DNA of 51,574 bases. Source: an uncultured Planctomycetales bacterium (GTDB lineage Bacteria > Omnitrophota > Gorgyraeia > Gygaellales > Profunditerraquicolaceae). The notes below the pieces were generated by a model that saw nothing but the letters and a program-made list of their open reading frames with translations, did not search any database and was not told where the DNA came from. Shown in pieces: positions 1 through 9,984 of this stretch (positions within the stretch are counted from its first letter, which is position 1; the number at the start of each line of letters is the position of its first letter). The translations under genes and the position numbers were made by a program. The stretch spans positions 1 to 51,574 of the forward strand of contig CAYIFW010000002.1 in the NCBI GenBank assembly GCA_964362795.1, written 5' to 3'.

Positions 1-19
1 CATAAGGGGGATAAAAAGA

Positions 20-409
20 ATGGCCACAAAAGATAAGGCAAAAAAGAAAAAGATTGCCCGAGGCGTAACCAGTGGTATCGCCCATATTCAGGCAAGTTTT
101 AATAATACGATTATTACTATAACGGATAAGCAGGGTAATGTCCTGGCCTGGAGTGCTCCGGGCACAGTCGGTTATAGTGGTTCTAAAAAATCTACTCCTT
201 TTGCCGCGCAAATTGCAGCAACTGATGCTGCTAGAAAAGCTAAGGAAGTAGGGGTAAAGGAATTGGAAGTTTATGTGAAGGGGCCGGGTTTTGGCAGAGA
301 ATCGGCGATCCGGGCGCTTCAGGCAGCGGGATTGGTTGTAACTTTAATAAAAGATGTTACCCCTATCCCTCATAATGGTTGCCGTCCCAAGAAGAAAAGG
401 AGAGTTTAA
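20..409 (+). CDS. rpsK: 30S ribosomal protein S11
   Basis: 129-aa ORF with S11-typical [18 protein letters not shown] and C-terminal basic tail. SD AAGGGGG lies upstream. Canonical order rpsK-rpsD-rpoA-rplQ follows. Confidence 0.97.
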   Translation: MATKDKAKKKKIARGVTSGIAHIQASFNNTIITITDKQGNVLAWSAPGTVGYSGSKKSTPFAAQIAATDAARKAKEVGVKELEVYVKGPGFGRESAIRALQAAGLVVTLIKDVTPIPHNGCRPKKKRRV

Positions 410-412
410 TTT

Positions 413-1042
413 ATGGGCCGTTATACTGGTGCAGTTTGCAGGTTATGCCGTAGGCAGGGTGAAAAATTATTTTTAAAGGGAACCAGGTGTCAGACGGAAA
501 AATGCGCGGCTAATAAAAGAGCGTATCCGCCGGGACAGCATGGACAAGGCAGGAGGCAAAAACTTTCTAATTACGGCCTGCAGCTAAAAGAAAAGCAAAA
601 AGTTAAAAGAATTTACGGAGTTATGGAAAAACAGTTCCGTATATATTTTAAGATTGCTTCTAAGACTAAAGGCGTAACCGGTAAAGTTCTTTTGCAGTTA
701 TTAGAGCGCAGGCTGGACAATGTAATCTTTCGTATGGGATTAGGCACTTCTCGCGCGCAAGCTCGTCAGGTTGTCAGGCATAATATGGTTGCGGTTAATT
801 CGCGCAGAGTTAATATTCCGTCGTTTTTAGTGGCTAAGGATGACGTAGTTGAGATTAAGACTAAAGATAAAGCTAAGATTAAACTTAAAGATAATCTTGA
901 ACTTTCTAAGGAGAGAACTGTTCCTAGCTGGTTGGCATTTAATTTGGCCGAGATGAAAGCAACGGTTTTAAGGCTTCCTGAAAAAGGCGATATCCAGCAG
1001 CAGATCCAGGAGCAGTTGATCGTCGAGTTGTATTCCAAGTAA
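413..1042 (+). CDS. rpsD: 30S ribosomal protein S4
   Basis: 209 aa starting MGRYTGAVCRLCRR, with an S4 RNA-binding domain (RLDNVIFRMGL..SRAQARQ). Confidence 0.97.
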   Translation: MGRYTGAVCRLCRRQGEKLFLKGTRCQTEKCAANKRAYPPGQHGQGRRQKLSNYGLQLKEKQKVKRIYGVMEKQFRIYFKIASKTKGVTGKVLLQLLERRLDNVIFRMGLGTSRAQARQVVRHNMVAVNSRRVNIPSFLVAKDDVVEIKTKDKAKIKLKDNLELSKERTVPSWLAFNLAEMKATVLRLPEKGDIQQQIQEQLIVELYSK

Positions 1043-1078
1043 TAAAGTTTGGAATTTTATTAAATATAAGGGGGTAAA

Positions 1079-2071
1079 ATGGGAATAAAATGGAGAGATT
1101 TTCAGTTTCCTAAGAAACTTGAATGCGATGAGTCAACCTACAGTGAAACCTACGGAAAATTCCAGGCCGCTCCTTTTGAAAGAGGATATGGCGTAACCTT
1201 AGGTAACTCCTTAAGAAGAGTCTTACTTTCATCTATCGAAGGCAGCGCGGTGAGCGCGATTAAAATTGCCGGAGTAAGCCATGAATTTTCCACAATTCCG
1301 GGAGTGCTGGAGGATGTTCCGGAGATTATTTTGAATATCAAAAGTTTAGTTTTAAATTCTCATTCCAAAATTCCTAAAACGATTTATCTTAAAGCGGATA
1401 AAAAGGGTGAGGTTAAGGCTAAGGATATCCAAACGGATGAGACAATCGAAATTATTAATCCGGAACTTCATATTGCTACTTTGACTAAAGATACTAAGCT
1501 TAATATTGAGATGGAGGTATCCCGCGGTAGAGGCTATGTTCCGGCTGAAATTAATAATAAAGAGGATAAGGTTGCTGGTTTTATCGCCGTTGACTCGGTG
1601 TTTACTCCGATTAAAAAGATCAATTATTTTGTCGAGAATACCCGCGTCGGACAGCGCACGGATTACGATAAGCTGATTATTGAGATTTGGACTAATGGCA
1701 GCATTAATCCTAAAGACGCCCTGCTTTACGGCTCAAATATTTTACAGAGGCATTTAGATATCTTCGTAAGTTTCGGCCAGCTACCTGAGGATATCGCCGA
1801 AGAAGAGCCGGAGATGACTAAAGAGGACACGGCTTTATATGAGAAATTACGGTTGCCGATCTCCGAACTTGAGCTTTCAGTGAGGAGCTCTAACTGTTTA
1901 AGAGAAGCCGGAATTAAGAGTATCGCTGATTTGGTGAAAAGAAGCGAAGACGAGATGCTCAACTTTAAGAATTTCGGCAAGAAATCTCTTACTGAAATTC
2001 AGGAGTTGCTGATGGGCATGGGGATCAGTTTAGGGATGCAGGTTGATCCTAAGAAAATAAAGAAGGGTTAA
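1079..2071 (+). CDS. rpoA: DNA-directed RNA polymerase alpha subunit
   Basis: 330 aa with N-terminal dimerisation domain (LGNSLRRVLLSSIEG) and C-terminal domain (LELSVRSSNCLREAGI..FGKKSL). Position is the alpha operon. Confidence 0.97.
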   Translation: MGIKWRDFQFPKKLECDESTYSETYGKFQAAPFERGYGVTLGNSLRRVLLSSIEGSAVSAIKIAGVSHEFSTIPGVLEDVPEIILNIKSLVLNSHSKIPKTIYLKADKKGEVKAKDIQTDETIEIINPELHIATLTKDTKLNIEMEVSRGRGYVPAEINNKEDKVAGFIAVDSVFTPIKKINYFVENTRVGQRTDYDKLIIEIWTNGSINPKDALLYGSNILQRHLDIFVSFGQLPEDIAEEEPEMTKEDTALYEKLRLPISELELSVRSSNCLREAGIKSIADLVKRSEDEMLNFKNFGKKSLTEIQELLMGMGISLGMQVDPKKIKKG

Positions 2072-2076
2072 ATAAA

Positions 2077-2646
2077 ATGAGACATGCAAAAAAAAGAATG
2101 CAGCTAGGGCGTTTTACCAGCTGGCATGATGCGACAATAAAAAGTTTGGCTAAAAATATGGTTATTTGTCAGAGTATTAAAACTACTTTGATCCGGGCCA
2201 AAGCCTCAAAACAAATGATCGAGAAGCTTATTACTTTATCTAAGAAAAATACGCTTTTTGCCCGCAGGCAGGCGCAAAGAGTTTTAGGTGAGCATAAGCT
2301 GGTAAACCTGCTTTTTAATGAAATCGGGCCGAGATTTGCCGGCCGCTCCAGCGGTTTTACCAGGATTATTCCTTTGGGTAGGCGCCGCGGGGATAATGCG
2401 GAAATGGCGATCTTTGAGCTTACCGAATTAAAGAAAAAAGAACCCAAAAAGGTAAAAAAAGGTAAAGAAGATAAAATCCAGCCGGCCCCGGAAACTAAAG
2501 AAGTCGGCCAGGATAAAGCAGCTTTAGAGCCAAAGAAAGAAACTAAAATACCGGCTAAAGATAATCCGCTAGATGAGAAGAAGCCGCAGAAGAAGTTTAT
2601 GGGCGGTTTAAGGACCATATTTAGAAAGAAAAGTGATTCTTTGTAA
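2077..2646 (+). CDS. rplQ: 50S ribosomal protein L17 with Lys/Glu/Pro-rich C-terminal extension
   Basis: N-terminal ~120 aa is L17-like (MRHAKKRMQLGR...GFTRIIPLGRRRGDNAEMAIFEL). It is followed by a low-complexity tail of about 65 aa. Confidence 0.93.
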   Translation: MRHAKKRMQLGRFTSWHDATIKSLAKNMVICQSIKTTLIRAKASKQMIEKLITLSKKNTLFARRQAQRVLGEHKLVNLLFNEIGPRFAGRSSGFTRIIPLGRRRGDNAEMAIFELTELKKKEPKKVKKGKEDKIQPAPETKEVGQDKAALEPKKETKIPAKDNPLDEKKPQKKFMGGLRTIFRKKSDSL

Positions 2647-2662
2647 ATAAAGAAAAACTTTT

Positions 2663-3838
2663 ATGAAAATAGATACTAGGCTTGCTGAGCGCCTAAAAAA
2701 AATAAATCCTTCTTCAACGCTGGCGATAACCTCCAAAGCCAAGAAGCTCAAAAGCGAGGGCAAGGATATTGTTAATTTTGCCGCCGGAGAGCCGGATTTT
2801 GACACCCCCGATTTTATTAAAGTTGCTGCGATACAGGCAATAAATTCAGGATTCACCAAGTATACTCCTACCACAGGTATCCCGGATTTAAAAAAACTTA
2901 TTTGTCAGAAATTTAAAAAAGATAATTCTTTAGAGTATGCTCCGGACCAGATTATTGTTTCCAACGGAGCAAAGCACAGTATTTTTAACGCGTTGATGGT
3001 GCTTTTGAATCCTAAAGATGAGGTGCTTATCCCTTTGCCTTATTGGGTCAGCTACCCGGAGATGGTCAATCTCTGCGAAGGGATTCCGCGCTTTATTAAA
3101 ACCACTGCGGAGAATAATTTTAAAATATCCGCAGCCGACCTTTCCAAGCATGTCAGCGCAAAAACTAAAGTTCTTATTCTGAATAGCCCGTCAAATCCCT
3201 GTGGTTCGGTTTATACCCATGAGGATCTGGAAGCAATCGCTAGAATTTGCGTTAGTAAGAATATTTTTGTGATTAGCGATGAGATTTATGAAAAGATTAT
3301 TTTTGATGGTTTAAAGCATAGTTCAATTGCCAGCTTAAATAAAGATATTTATGATTTAACCATTACGGTTAATGGTTTGTCTAAAAGCCATTCAATGACC
3401 GGCTGGCGTATCGGCTACCTTGGCGCTCCTAGCGATGTGGCGTGCGCTATCTCTAATCTACAGGATCATTCTACTTCTAATCCAAATTCTATCGCCCAGA
3501 AGGCAGCGGTCGCGGCACTTAGCGCTCCGGAAGATTTTACGCATAAATTATGTTTGGAGTTTTTAAAACGCCGAGATTACCTGGCTCAAAGATTAAAACA
3601 AATTAAAAATTTAAGTTTTTTTATGCCGCAAGGCGCGTTTTATATATTTTGTGATATATCCGAAACTAAGCTTGATTCTTTGACTTTTGCCAAGCGCCTG
3701 CTGGAGGAAGAGTTTGTCAGCTTGATCCCCGGATGCAGTTTTGGCATGGATGACCATATAAGAATAAGTTTTGCCACGAGTATGGAGGAATTGCAAAAAG
3801 GTATGGACAGGTTAGAGAAATGGGTGGCTAAGCTATGA
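2663..3838 (+). CDS. Class I/II pyridoxal-phosphate aminotransferase (aspartate aminotransferase-like)
   Basis: 391 aa with NSPSNPCG, SDEIYEKI and the PLP-lysine context NGLSKSHSMTGWRIGY. Confidence 0.87.
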   Translation: MKIDTRLAERLKKINPSSTLAITSKAKKLKSEGKDIVNFAAGEPDFDTPDFIKVAAIQAINSGFTKYTPTTGIPDLKKLICQKFKKDNSLEYAPDQIIVSNGAKHSIFNALMVLLNPKDEVLIPLPYWVSYPEMVNLCEGIPRFIKTTAENNFKISAADLSKHVSAKTKVLILNSPSNPCGSVYTHEDLEAIARICVSKNIFVISDEIYEKIIFDGLKHSSIASLNKDIYDLTITVNGLSKSHSMTGWRIGYLGAPSDVACAISNLQDHSTSNPNSIAQKAAVAALSAPEDFTHKLCLEFLKRRDYLAQRLKQIKNLSFFMPQGAFYIFCDISETKLDSLTFAKRLLEEEFVSLIPGCSFGMDDHIRISFATSMEELQKGMDRLEKWVAKL

Positions 3839-5091
3839 GGCCCCAGACTATTGCGGAAAAGATACTAAGCGCGCATTCCGCCAAGCCGCTGTTTGCCGGT
3901 GATTTTGCGGTTTGCAAAGTAGATTTTGCTTTCGGCCAGGATGGTACCTCATCGATAATTATCGACCGGATTAAAGAGTTAGGCGTAAAAAAATTAAAAA
4001 CTAAATTTTGCATGGTAATTGACCATAGCGCGCCAAGCCCCAGCGAAGGGGTTTCCCGGGTGCATAAAAAGATGCGTGATTTTTCGCAGGTTTTTAAGAC
4101 GGAGATTTTTGATATCGGCTGCGGCGTCTGTCATCAGATTATTCCTGAATCCGGGAATGCTTTACCCGGAGATTTAATTTTGGGAGCCGATTCACATACC
4201 TGTACTTACGGGGCACTCGGCGCATTTTCTACCGGGGTAGGCTCTACGGATTTAGCCATAGCTTTAGCTACCGGAAAGAATTGGTTTAAGGTTCCGGCTA
4301 CTATAAAAATTATTATTAAAGGCAAGTTACCTCAAGGCGTTTTTGCCAAAGATGTAATTCTGTATATAATCGGTCAAATTAAAAGTGACGGGGCAACTTA
4401 TAAAGCAGTTGAATTTTGCGGCCCGGTGATTAATAATATGGATATGGACGGCCGTTTTACGATTGCCAATATGCTGGTTGAGATGGGGGCAAAGTGCGGT
4501 TTTATGCCGGTTGATAAAAAAACCGTTGCCTGGATAAGCGCCGAAGCCGGTAAAAATAAGCGCTTGAAGAAAATTTTCGCAGACCCCGGAGCTATTTATG
4601 AAAATGTTTATGAATTCGATATCTCTAAGCTTAAACCGATGGTTTCCCTGCCGCATAGCGTGGATAATGTCGTTCCGGCGGTTTCTTTAAAGAAAGTTAA
4701 AATCGATGAAGCTTTTCTGGGAACTTGTACTAACGGCAGGATTGAGGATTTTAAAGAGGCGGCAAAGATTTTAAATAAACGTAAAGTTTCTGCAAAAGTT
4801 AAATTAATTATCGCTCCCAGCTCGCGCAAGGTTTATTTACAGGCTTTAAAGCTGGGTTTAGTTGAAATATTTATCAAGGCCGGCGCGGTCATTGTCGCTC
4901 CGGGTTGCGGGCCTTGCGTGGGTACGCACAACGGAATTCCCAGTGACGGGGAGGTTGTAATCTCAACGGCTAACCGTAATTTTAAAGGCAGAATGGGGAA
5001 TCCTGCGGCATTTATTTATCTGGCTTCTCCGGCTACGGTTGCGGCTTCAGCGTTGACCGGTTTTATTACTGATCCTCGAGTTTATTCTTAA
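3835..5091 (+). CDS. leuC: Aconitase-family dehydratase large subunit (3-isopropylmalate / homoaconitate dehydratase, LeuC/HacA type)
   Basis: 418 aa with GADSHTCTYGALGAF, GTCTNGRIEDF and PGCGPCVG Fe-S ligand motifs. ATGA-type overlap with the upstream gene. Substrate specificity cannot be read from the sequence. Confidence 0.85.
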   Translation: MRPQTIAEKILSAHSAKPLFAGDFAVCKVDFAFGQDGTSSIIIDRIKELGVKKLKTKFCMVIDHSAPSPSEGVSRVHKKMRDFSQVFKTEIFDIGCGVCHQIIPESGNALPGDLILGADSHTCTYGALGAFSTGVGSTDLAIALATGKNWFKVPATIKIIIKGKLPQGVFAKDVILYIIGQIKSDGATYKAVEFCGPVINNMDMDGRFTIANMLVEMGAKCGFMPVDKKTVAWISAEAGKNKRLKKIFADPGAIYENVYEFDISKLKPMVSLPHSVDNVVPAVSLKKVKIDEAFLGTCTNGRIEDFKEAAKILNKRKVSAKVKLIIAPSSRKVYLQALKLGLVEIFIKAGAVIVAPGCGPCVGTHNGIPSDGEVVISTANRNFKGRMGNPAAFIYLASPATVAASALTGFITDPRVYS

Positions 5092-5117
5092 TAAGTTAAG
5101 TCAAACGGAGGTATCCT

Positions 5118-6164
5118 ATGGAAATTCGTGATTTGCTTTTGATGTGTATTGATAAGGGCGCTTCGGATTTACATATTACGGAAAATGAGCCTCCGATATT
5201 GCGTATCGACGGTAGGTTATCGCGCACAGCTTTAGAGAAATTAGATAAGCCGAGCCTTAAGAAAATGATTCATACCGTGCTTTCTAATTCGCAGAAGGAG
5301 ATTTTTGAGCGCGAACTGGAGCTGGATTTTTCTTTGGCTCTTCCGGGCTTAGACCGCTTCCGCGTGAACGTTCATTTGCAAAAAGGAACGGTTGAGGCAG
5401 CTTTCCGCCGGATTCCACTGGAAATACCTACTGTAGCAAAATTAGGTTTGCCGAAAATTATCAGTGAATTGGCGCGTAAGGCCAATGGTTTAGTTTTAGT
5501 AACCGGCCCTACCGGCATGGGGAAAACTACGACTCTGGCGGCGATGATCGATCTGATCAACAGTGAACGGGAATGCATGATTACCTGTATTGAGGATCCG
5601 ATCGAGTTTATTTATACCAATAAAAAAAGCGTAGTTAAACAGCGCGAAGTTTATGCCGATACGCATTCTTTTGCCGATGCCCTGCGCCATGCCCTGCGCC
5701 AGGACCCTAATGTTATCGTAGTCGGAGAGATGCGCGATTTAGAAACTATTTCTACCGCTTTAACTGCCGCTGAGACCGGCCACCTTGTTTTAGCTACTTT
5801 GCATACTCCGGATGCTCCGCAAACTATTTCCCGGATTATCGATGTTTTTCCTCCGCATCAGCAGACCCAGGTTAAATTACAACTTTCGGATTGTTTGCAG
5901 GGAGTAGTTTCACAGCTCCTGCTTCCGCATGCATCCGGAACGGGTAGGGTGCTGGCTACGGAGATCATGATTGCAACTTCCAGTATCCGGAATCTTATCC
6001 GCGAACAGCAGATTGAGCAGATTCCCACCATGATGCAGACCGGTTTGCAATATGGTATGAACACCATGGATAGCTGTCTTAAAGAATTGACTCAGAAGGG
6101 ATTAATTACTTTGGATGCGGCGATGTCTAAGGTGAAGAATCGGGAAGAATTTAAACAACTATGA
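5118..6164 (+). CDS. pilT: Type IV pilus retraction ATPase PilT
   Basis: 348 aa with Walker A GPTGMGKTTT, the IEDPIEF Asp box, Walker B VIVVGEMRD and the His box LVLATLHT. SD GGAGG lies upstream. Confidence 0.92.
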   Translation: MEIRDLLLMCIDKGASDLHITENEPPILRIDGRLSRTALEKLDKPSLKKMIHTVLSNSQKEIFERELELDFSLALPGLDRFRVNVHLQKGTVEAAFRRIPLEIPTVAKLGLPKIISELARKANGLVLVTGPTGMGKTTTLAAMIDLINSERECMITCIEDPIEFIYTNKKSVVKQREVYADTHSFADALRHALRQDPNVIVVGEMRDLETISTALTAAETGHLVLATLHTPDAPQTISRIIDVFPPHQQTQVKLQLSDCLQGVVSQLLLPHASGTGRVLATEIMIATSSIRNLIREQQIEQIPTMMQTGLQYGMNTMDSCLKELTQKGLITLDAAMSKVKNREEFKQL

Positions 6165-6661
6165 GTATCATCGGTACTAGCGTAAAATTAGGGGATAATA
6201 TTAATACGGATTTTATTATCTCCGGAAGGTATAAGTTTGCTATTACCGATATGAAGGAATTGGCCAAGCATATTATGGAGGATATTGATCCGAATTTTCC
6301 TCAAAAGATTGTTCCGGGCAAAACCGTCATTGTTGCCGGTAATAACTTCGGCATGGGTTCTAGCCGGGAACAGGCGCCTCTGGTCATTAAAGAAGCCGGG
6401 ATTGTCGCGGTTTTATCGCCGCAATTTGCGCGCATATTTTTCCGCAATAGTTTTAACATCGGATTATTGTTGATTGAAACCGATACTAGTAAAATTGATG
6501 AGCATGATCAGTTGGAGATTGATTTAAGCCAAGGCCTGGTAAGAAATTTAACTAAAATGATTGATTTAAAGATTAAGCTTTTGCCTGAATTTATGCAGAA
6601 TCTCTTAAGCGAGGGCGGTATAGTTAATTATTATAAAAAACACGGAGAACTTAAAATTTAA
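6161..6661 (+). CDS. leuD: Aconitase-family dehydratase small subunit (LeuD/HacB type)
   Basis: 166 aa with GDNINTDFII and GNNFGMGSSREQAP motifs. Start overlaps the pilT stop (ATGA). Confidence 0.85.
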   Translation: MSIIGTSVKLGDNINTDFIISGRYKFAITDMKELAKHIMEDIDPNFPQKIVPGKTVIVAGNNFGMGSSREQAPLVIKEAGIVAVLSPQFARIFFRNSFNIGLLLIETDTSKIDEHDQLEIDLSQGLVRNLTKMIDLKIKLLPEFMQNLLSEGGIVNYYKKHGELKI

Positions 6662-7750
6662 ATGAAGCACAGAATAACTTTGATTCCCGGTGACGGAATT
6701 GGCCAGGAAGTTTCTCTGGCTGCTTGCCGTTGTATTGAGGCTGCCGGAGTAGACATCAAGTGGGATAAGGTATTAGCCGGAAGTGATGCTTTAGAGAAAA
6801 CCGGAGAGCTTCTGCCGCAAAGCGTATTAGATTCAGTGCGGGCCAATAAAGTTGCCCTTAAAGGGCCGATTACCACGCCTATTGGCACCGGATTCCGCTC
6901 GGTGAACGTAGCGATTAGGCAGGCTTTGGATCTTTATGCCTGCGTGCGTCCGGCAAAAAGTTATACAGGAGTTAAGAGTGTTTTTAAGAATATTGACCTG
7001 GTTATTATCAGGGAGAACAGCGAAGATCTTTATGCCGGAATTGAGTATGCAGAGGGAAAAACTGAAACTAAGAATTTAATTGCTCAGATTCAGAAAGATA
7101 CCCGGAAGCTGATCCGTCAGGATTCCGGAATTACGATTAAGGCTATCTCTAAATTTGCCTCCGAAAGAATCGTCCGTTTCGCTTTTGAATATGCTCTAAA
7201 GAATAACCGTAAAAAAGTAACCTGTGTGCATAAAGCAAATATCATGAAATTTACTGACGGGTTATTTTTAAAGGTTGCCCGGGAGGTCGCGCAAAGTTAT
7301 AGCGGAAAAATAATTTTTGATGAGGCCATCGTTGATAATATGACGATGCAATTGGTGCAGAAGCCGCATAATTACGATGTTCTGGTTTTACCTAATCTTT
7401 ACGGAGATATTATTTCTGATCTCTGCGCCGGTTTAGTCGGTGGTTTAGGGATTGCACCCGGGGCCAACATCGGAAACGAATTGGCGGTATTTGAAGCCGT
7501 GCATGGATCGGCGCCGAAATATAAAGGGCTGAATAAGGTTAATCCGGCGGCAATGATTTTATCCGGAGTTTTAATGTTGCGTCATATTAATGAAGCTAAA
7601 GCGGCAGATAGATTAGAAGAGGCGGTAAAAGAGGTGGTTGCCGAAGGTAAATTCGTAACTTATGACTTAAAAGCTGATCCGTTAGATCCTGGCGCCGTAG
7701 GCACTGCGCAGATGGCGGATGCGATTATCGGTAAATTAAAGAGAGCTTAA
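6662..7750 (+). CDS. Isocitrate/isopropylmalate dehydrogenase family protein (NAD-IDH-like)
   Basis: 362 aa with ITLIPGDGIGQEV, NLYGDIISDLCAGLVGGLGIAPGANIG and FEAVHGSAP. Confidence 0.87.
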   Translation: MKHRITLIPGDGIGQEVSLAACRCIEAAGVDIKWDKVLAGSDALEKTGELLPQSVLDSVRANKVALKGPITTPIGTGFRSVNVAIRQALDLYACVRPAKSYTGVKSVFKNIDLVIIRENSEDLYAGIEYAEGKTETKNLIAQIQKDTRKLIRQDSGITIKAISKFASERIVRFAFEYALKNNRKKVTCVHKANIMKFTDGLFLKVAREVAQSYSGKIIFDEAIVDNMTMQLVQKPHNYDVLVLPNLYGDIISDLCAGLVGGLGIAPGANIGNELAVFEAVHGSAPKYKGLNKVNPAAMILSGVLMLRHINEAKAADRLEEAVKEVVAEGKFVTYDLKADPLDPGAVGTAQMADAIIGKLKRA

Positions 7751-7753
7751 CTA

Positions 7754-8674
7754 ATGAAAATCAGCGTTATCGGTGCAGGCAATGTAGGCAGCTTAACGGC
7801 AATGCGCATCGCTCAAGATGGATTAGGCGATGTTTTACTTATTGATGTAGTTAAGGGATTAGCGCATGGCAAGGCGTTGGATTTAGAGGATGCCCGGGCG
7901 CTTTTAAAATGTAATTATAATATTTCCGGCAGTGATGATATTACCCGGATTAAGGATTCCGATATTGTGGTGGTTACTGCCGGCCTGGCGCGTAAACCCG
8001 GGATGAGCCGCGAAGAATTATTGCTCAAGAATGCTCAAATTTTAAAAGAGGTATGTTTAAAGATTAAAGAGCTGGCAAAAAAAGCAATTGTTATCGTGGT
8101 AACCAACCCCTTGGATATTATGACTCTTTATGCTTTAAAGATCACCGGTTTTAAGCCGGAAAGACTTTTTGGCATGGGGATTAGTTTGGATACTGCCAGA
8201 TTCGCTAATTTAATTGCCGCGGAATTAAATTTACCGGTTACGGATATTGAAGCATTGGTCATTGGCGCTCACGGAGAAGCCATGCTTCCTTTACCGGGTT
8301 TTTCAAAAATTAAAGGCGTAGCTTTGGATGAGTTTCTAAATGAGGAAAAAATTAACTCCTTAGTCAGCCGTACTGTCGCCAGAGGCGCTGAAATTGTGGC
8401 CAATCTCGGCACCGGTAGCGCATTCTTTGCTCCTTCAGCGGCAATTGCTGGAATCGTTAAAGCAATCGTAAAAGATGAGAAGCGCACCCTGGGATTATGC
8501 GCTTATCTGGATGGCCAGTACGGAATTAAAGATAGCTGCATCGGTGTTCCTTGCCGTTTAGGCAAGAATGGTATCGAACAGATTATTGAATTGAATCTTT
8601 TAGCTGAAGAGAAGGCTCGGCTGATCAAATCAGCCCAACTTGTGGCCCAGGCTCAAGCGCAATTAATTGCTTAA
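7754..8674 (+). CDS. mdh: Malate dehydrogenase (LDH-like family)
   Basis: 306 aa with Rossmann motif KISVIGAGNVG, the GLARKPGMSREELL substrate loop carrying Arg, and catalytic GAHG. Confidence 0.9.
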   Translation: MKISVIGAGNVGSLTAMRIAQDGLGDVLLIDVVKGLAHGKALDLEDARALLKCNYNISGSDDITRIKDSDIVVVTAGLARKPGMSREELLLKNAQILKEVCLKIKELAKKAIVIVVTNPLDIMTLYALKITGFKPERLFGMGISLDTARFANLIAAELNLPVTDIEALVIGAHGEAMLPLPGFSKIKGVALDEFLNEEKINSLVSRTVARGAEIVANLGTGSAFFAPSAAIAGIVKAIVKDEKRTLGLCAYLDGQYGIKDSCIGVPCRLGKNGIEQIIELNLLAEEKARLIKSAQLVAQAQAQLIA

Positions 8675-8683
8675 ATCAAACCT

Positions 8684-9967
8684 ATGTATGATCTGGCCGT
8701 CATCGGAGCAGGTTGGGCGGGATTTAACGCTGCTCAAAGAGCAAAAGATCTTAAGCTTAAAGTTTGCCTTATTGAATCGGCTAAAATCGGCGGAACCTGC
8801 CTTAATCACGGATGCATTCCTACCAAGGTATTAATTGCCTGCGCTAAAGCATTTTCTCTGGCTGAAAAATCATCTGTTTTTGGCATAGAGTTAGAAAACC
8901 TGCGGGTTAATTTCGTAAAAATCCAAGCCAGGAAAAATAAGATTGTGGACCAGCTTGCTCAGGGCATGAAAGCCAGGCTGGCAGGAATTGATTTCATTAA
9001 TTCAGGCGCCCAACTTGTTTCTCCTCAGGAGATAAAAGTTGACGGCCGCTTAATTAATGCTAAGTTCATACTTATTGCCAGCGGAAGCCGCCCGGTTGGA
9101 TTAACAGATTTAGAATTCGATCAAGAAAAAATAATCTCTAGCGACCAGGCTCTGGAGTTAACCGAGATCCCGCAGTCTTTATTAATCATCGGGGCAGGGG
9201 TGATTGGTTGTGAATTTGCCAGCCTTTTTTCTATTCTGGGAAGCAAGGTAACTCTAGCTGAGAAAATGCCGCATCTTTTACCGGAACAGGATCAAGACCT
9301 GGCGCGAAAATTAGAAGTTATTTTTAAGAAAAAATCCATTCAAGTAATTACCGGCGCTGATGTCAGCGCGATTAAGCCGCAGGATTATTCACGGGTTATA
9401 GTTTGCGTAGGAAGAGCTTCTAATATTGCCGGCCTGGGATTGGAAAATTTAGGGATAAAATTAGAGAACGGTAGAATTGGGGTCGATGATTATCTTAAAA
9501 CCAGTGTTGCTAATATCTATGCGGCAGGGGATTGTGCTTCTAGAATAATGCTGGCTCATTATGCTGCTTATCAGGGGATAACGGCAGTTGAAAATATGGT
9601 TTCTAATAATAAACATAAAGCAAATAACCCGGTCGTTCCTGCCTGTATATTTACGCAGCCGCAGTTGGCAAGCGTAGGTTTAAATGAAGACGCTGCAATG
9701 GCAGCCGGTTTAGCGGTTAAAGTCGGCAAATTTGATTTTCGCGCCAGCGGCGCGGCTTGGATTATCGATGAAACTGAAGGTTTCATTAAGGTTATTAGTA
9801 ACGGCCAAACTCAGGAAGTAATCGGCGCTAGCATTATCGGCCCGTTGGCTAGTGAATTAATTGCAATTTTTTCAATGGCAGTTTCTCTGCATTTGACGCT
9901 TAGCCAAATCCGCGCGATCATCTTTGCCCATCCTACTCTTGCGGAATCAATTCATGAAATTTCTTAA
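8684..9967 (+). CDS. lpdA: Dihydrolipoyl dehydrogenase-like flavoprotein disulfide reductase
   Basis: 427 aa with FAD motif VIGAGWAG, redox disulfide GGTCLNHGCIPTK, NAD motif IIGAGVIGCEF and C-terminal HAHPTLAE. Confidence 0.85.
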   Translation: MYDLAVIGAGWAGFNAAQRAKDLKLKVCLIESAKIGGTCLNHGCIPTKVLIACAKAFSLAEKSSVFGIELENLRVNFVKIQARKNKIVDQLAQGMKARLAGIDFINSGAQLVSPQEIKVDGRLINAKFILIASGSRPVGLTDLEFDQEKIISSDQALELTEIPQSLLIIGAGVIGCEFASLFSILGSKVTLAEKMPHLLPEQDQDLARKLEVIFKKKSIQVITGADVSAIKPQDYSRVIVCVGRASNIAGLGLENLGIKLENGRIGVDDYLKTSVANIYAAGDCASRIMLAHYAAYQGITAVENMVSNNKHKANNPVVPACIFTQPQLASVGLNEDAAMAAGLAVKVGKFDFRASGAAWIIDETEGFIKVISNGQTQEVIGASIIGPLASELIAIFSMAVSLHLTLSQIRAIIFAHPTLAESIHEIS

Positions 9968-9984
9968 GCTATCGGGAGGGTTTT

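Noticed and set aside
6285-6473. Alternative-frame + strand ORFs inside known genes: 6285-6473, 20394-20615, 27351-27536, 33823-34026, 44095-44280, 48786-48998 and 50428-50673.
   Set aside because: They are embedded out of frame in confidently identified genes, or in the case of 48786 span the tRNA-nlpD spacer into the lipoprotein gene. They have no SD and no recognisable domains.
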